From contig JBDTOT010000023.1 of the NCBI GenBank assembly GCA_039933105.1, positions 115-64,114 of the forward strand: a stretch of DNA of 64,000 nucleotides, in the 5' to 3' direction. Source of the stretch: Gammaproteobacteria bacterium (lineage in GTDB: Bacteria > Pseudomonadota > Gammaproteobacteria > Steroidobacterales > Rariloculaceae). Position 1 is the stretch's first letter; each line of letters opens with the position of its first letter. Shown in pieces: positions 62,856 through 64,000 of the stretch. Below the pieces are notes generated by a model that had not been told where the DNA came from, searched no databases, and was given only the letters and a program-made list of their open reading frames with translations. A program made the translations under genes and the position numbers.

Positions 62856-64000
62856 TCAATCGAACGATAACGTGAAACGGAACGATATCAGGCGTTCGGG
62901 AATCAGGCTCGTGTCTTCTGGATCCACATCCTGGAACCGAAAACGACGATCCATCAAATTGTCTGCGTTGAGAGACAGAAGCCCGCGGCGATTCGGCAAA
63001 CGATAGCCGACGAACGCGTCGAGTAGCCAGAAGCGATCCGCACCCGCCTCCAAGGCGCCTGGTACCGGCGTGTTCGCGACGAATGTGCCGTGTTCTTTAA
63101 TATGGGATGTCCTGAAGCCCAACGTCAGACCGGTGGGGGAAAAATAGCGTAGTTCTAGCGGCAGGCGCTCGATCGTCAGCCCCGTGTAGTTGAACAGCGG
63201 CATTCCGTTCGCCGGCACGGTACTCGTATACCGGCCATGCTCGAGTGTGGCGCTGAAACCCAGCCGGTCGTGCGGCGTCCAGTAGAAATACGCCCGTTGC
63301 GTCCGCTCCCCGAGCGTGACGCCTTGGATTTGCAGTTCCGGGGGGGCGGTGGAATCGAGGATGCTCGTATCGGTATCGCGATGAGAAGCTTCCAACCCGG
63401 CATACATCCGGTCGGATAATGCGTGATCGACCGCGAGGCCGGTGAGGGCTGAATGATCGGCCGCGCCCCCGAACAAGAGTTGACTGAACCCCGCGACTTG
63501 TATCGGCTCCAGTCGCGGTTGCGGATTCAATCGCGACGTCGTCAGAGAGCCCGACAACGAGCGAAACGTGGCTGCCCGCACAGTGGTGTGGCTCGTGGGG
63601 CGCCACGCAATACCCAGTTTTGGGTTCGTAGCGTGGTCTGTGAGCAACTCCGTGCTGATGCGTTCCCACGCCGCGCCCGCCGTGATCGTCACCGAGGGTG
63701 CAGGGTCGACGAGCACGTACGCATAGACATCGGTTTGCGATAGGCGGTCGTCCGTTGCGGATACGATCGGTGGGTTGCCCGGGAAGACGAAACGCGTTTC
63801 GGTGTCGTCCTGGCGGGTTCCTTGCGCAAGCCCCGTCAAAAGGCGGACAGCGCCCATTTGGTGAATCAGCTGGACGCCGAGCGCTGACGTTCTCGCTGGG
63901 TTCGAGTACGCAAACGCGTCGCCGGCAGTGATATCGCCGCGGCCACGTTCGTAGGTAAGCGACGCCAACAGGCTGTCATGGGCTGAGAAGTCGTGTCGTG
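62856..64000 (-). CDS. outer-membrane beta-barrel-like protein, 5' end beyond window
   Basis: Alternating amphipathic strands with Y/F/G-rich turns, and a C-terminal ...ISFRFTLSFD. The frame stays open upstream of the track start (TTG 63968) to the window edge. Confidence 0.5.
   Translation of the reverse strand, partial: RHDFSAHDSLLASLTYERGRGDITAGDAFAYSNPARTSALGVQLIHQMGAVRLLTGLAQGTRQDDTETRFVFPGNPPIVSATDDRLSQTDVYAYVLVDPAPSVTITAGAAWERISTELLTDHATNPKLGIAWRPTSHTTVRAATFRSLSGSLTTSRLNPQPRLEPIQVAGFSQLLFGGAADHSALTGLAVDHALSDRMYAGLEASHRDTDTSILDSTAPPELQIQGVTLGERTQRAYFYWTPHDRLGFSATLEHGRYTSTVPANGMPLFNYTGLTIERLPLELRYFSPTGLTLGFRTSHIKEHGTFVANTPVPGALEAGADRFWLLDAFVGYRLPNRRGLLSLNADNLMDRRFRFQDVDPEDTSLIPERLISFRFTLSFD

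Noticed and set aside
1-64000. Search for tRNA, rRNA, CRISPR repeats, transposase/integrase genes, or prophage or conjugation genes
   Set aside because: Intergenic gaps are short (mostly under 250 nt). None shows cloverleaf-like or repeat-spacer structure by eye, and no ORF translation has integrase, transposase or phage hallmarks. A covariance-model scan (tRNAscan-SE, Infernal) is needed to be certain about small RNAs.

Overview
High-GC, densely coding chromosomal segment, probably proteobacterial (no finer call is possible from sequence alone). I support about 62 protein genes across both strands. I recognised no rRNA, tRNA, CRISPR array, transposase or integrase. Housekeeping genes (rlmL, tatC, recQ, rlmJ, prpD-prpB, def) are interspersed with many exported or periplasmic proteins: two PQQ dehydrogenases, four c-type cytochrome-like proteins, S46 and M13 peptidases, and two MBL hydrolases. 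At least five proteins carry twin-arginine signals, including a TPP enzyme and an MmgE/PrpD protein. The stand-out feature is a recurrent, uncharacterised two-part secreted module between 26 and 57 kb. Its small part S (~120-150 aa) has a signal peptide that ends directly before an invariant His-His-Ser, with a later invariant (N/S)-P-H. Its partner L (~245-320 aa) has two invariant cysteines. There are six S domains and five L domains. They occur as adjacent pairs in both gene orders, often translationally coupled, and once as a single S-L fusion polypeptide. They sit next to PQQ dehydrogenases, cytochromes c and a Tat-exported TPP enzyme. All functional calls come from reading the translated ORFs by eye; no database search was run. 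Start codons are often uncertain because long spurious N-terminal extensions are common in this GC-rich sequence.
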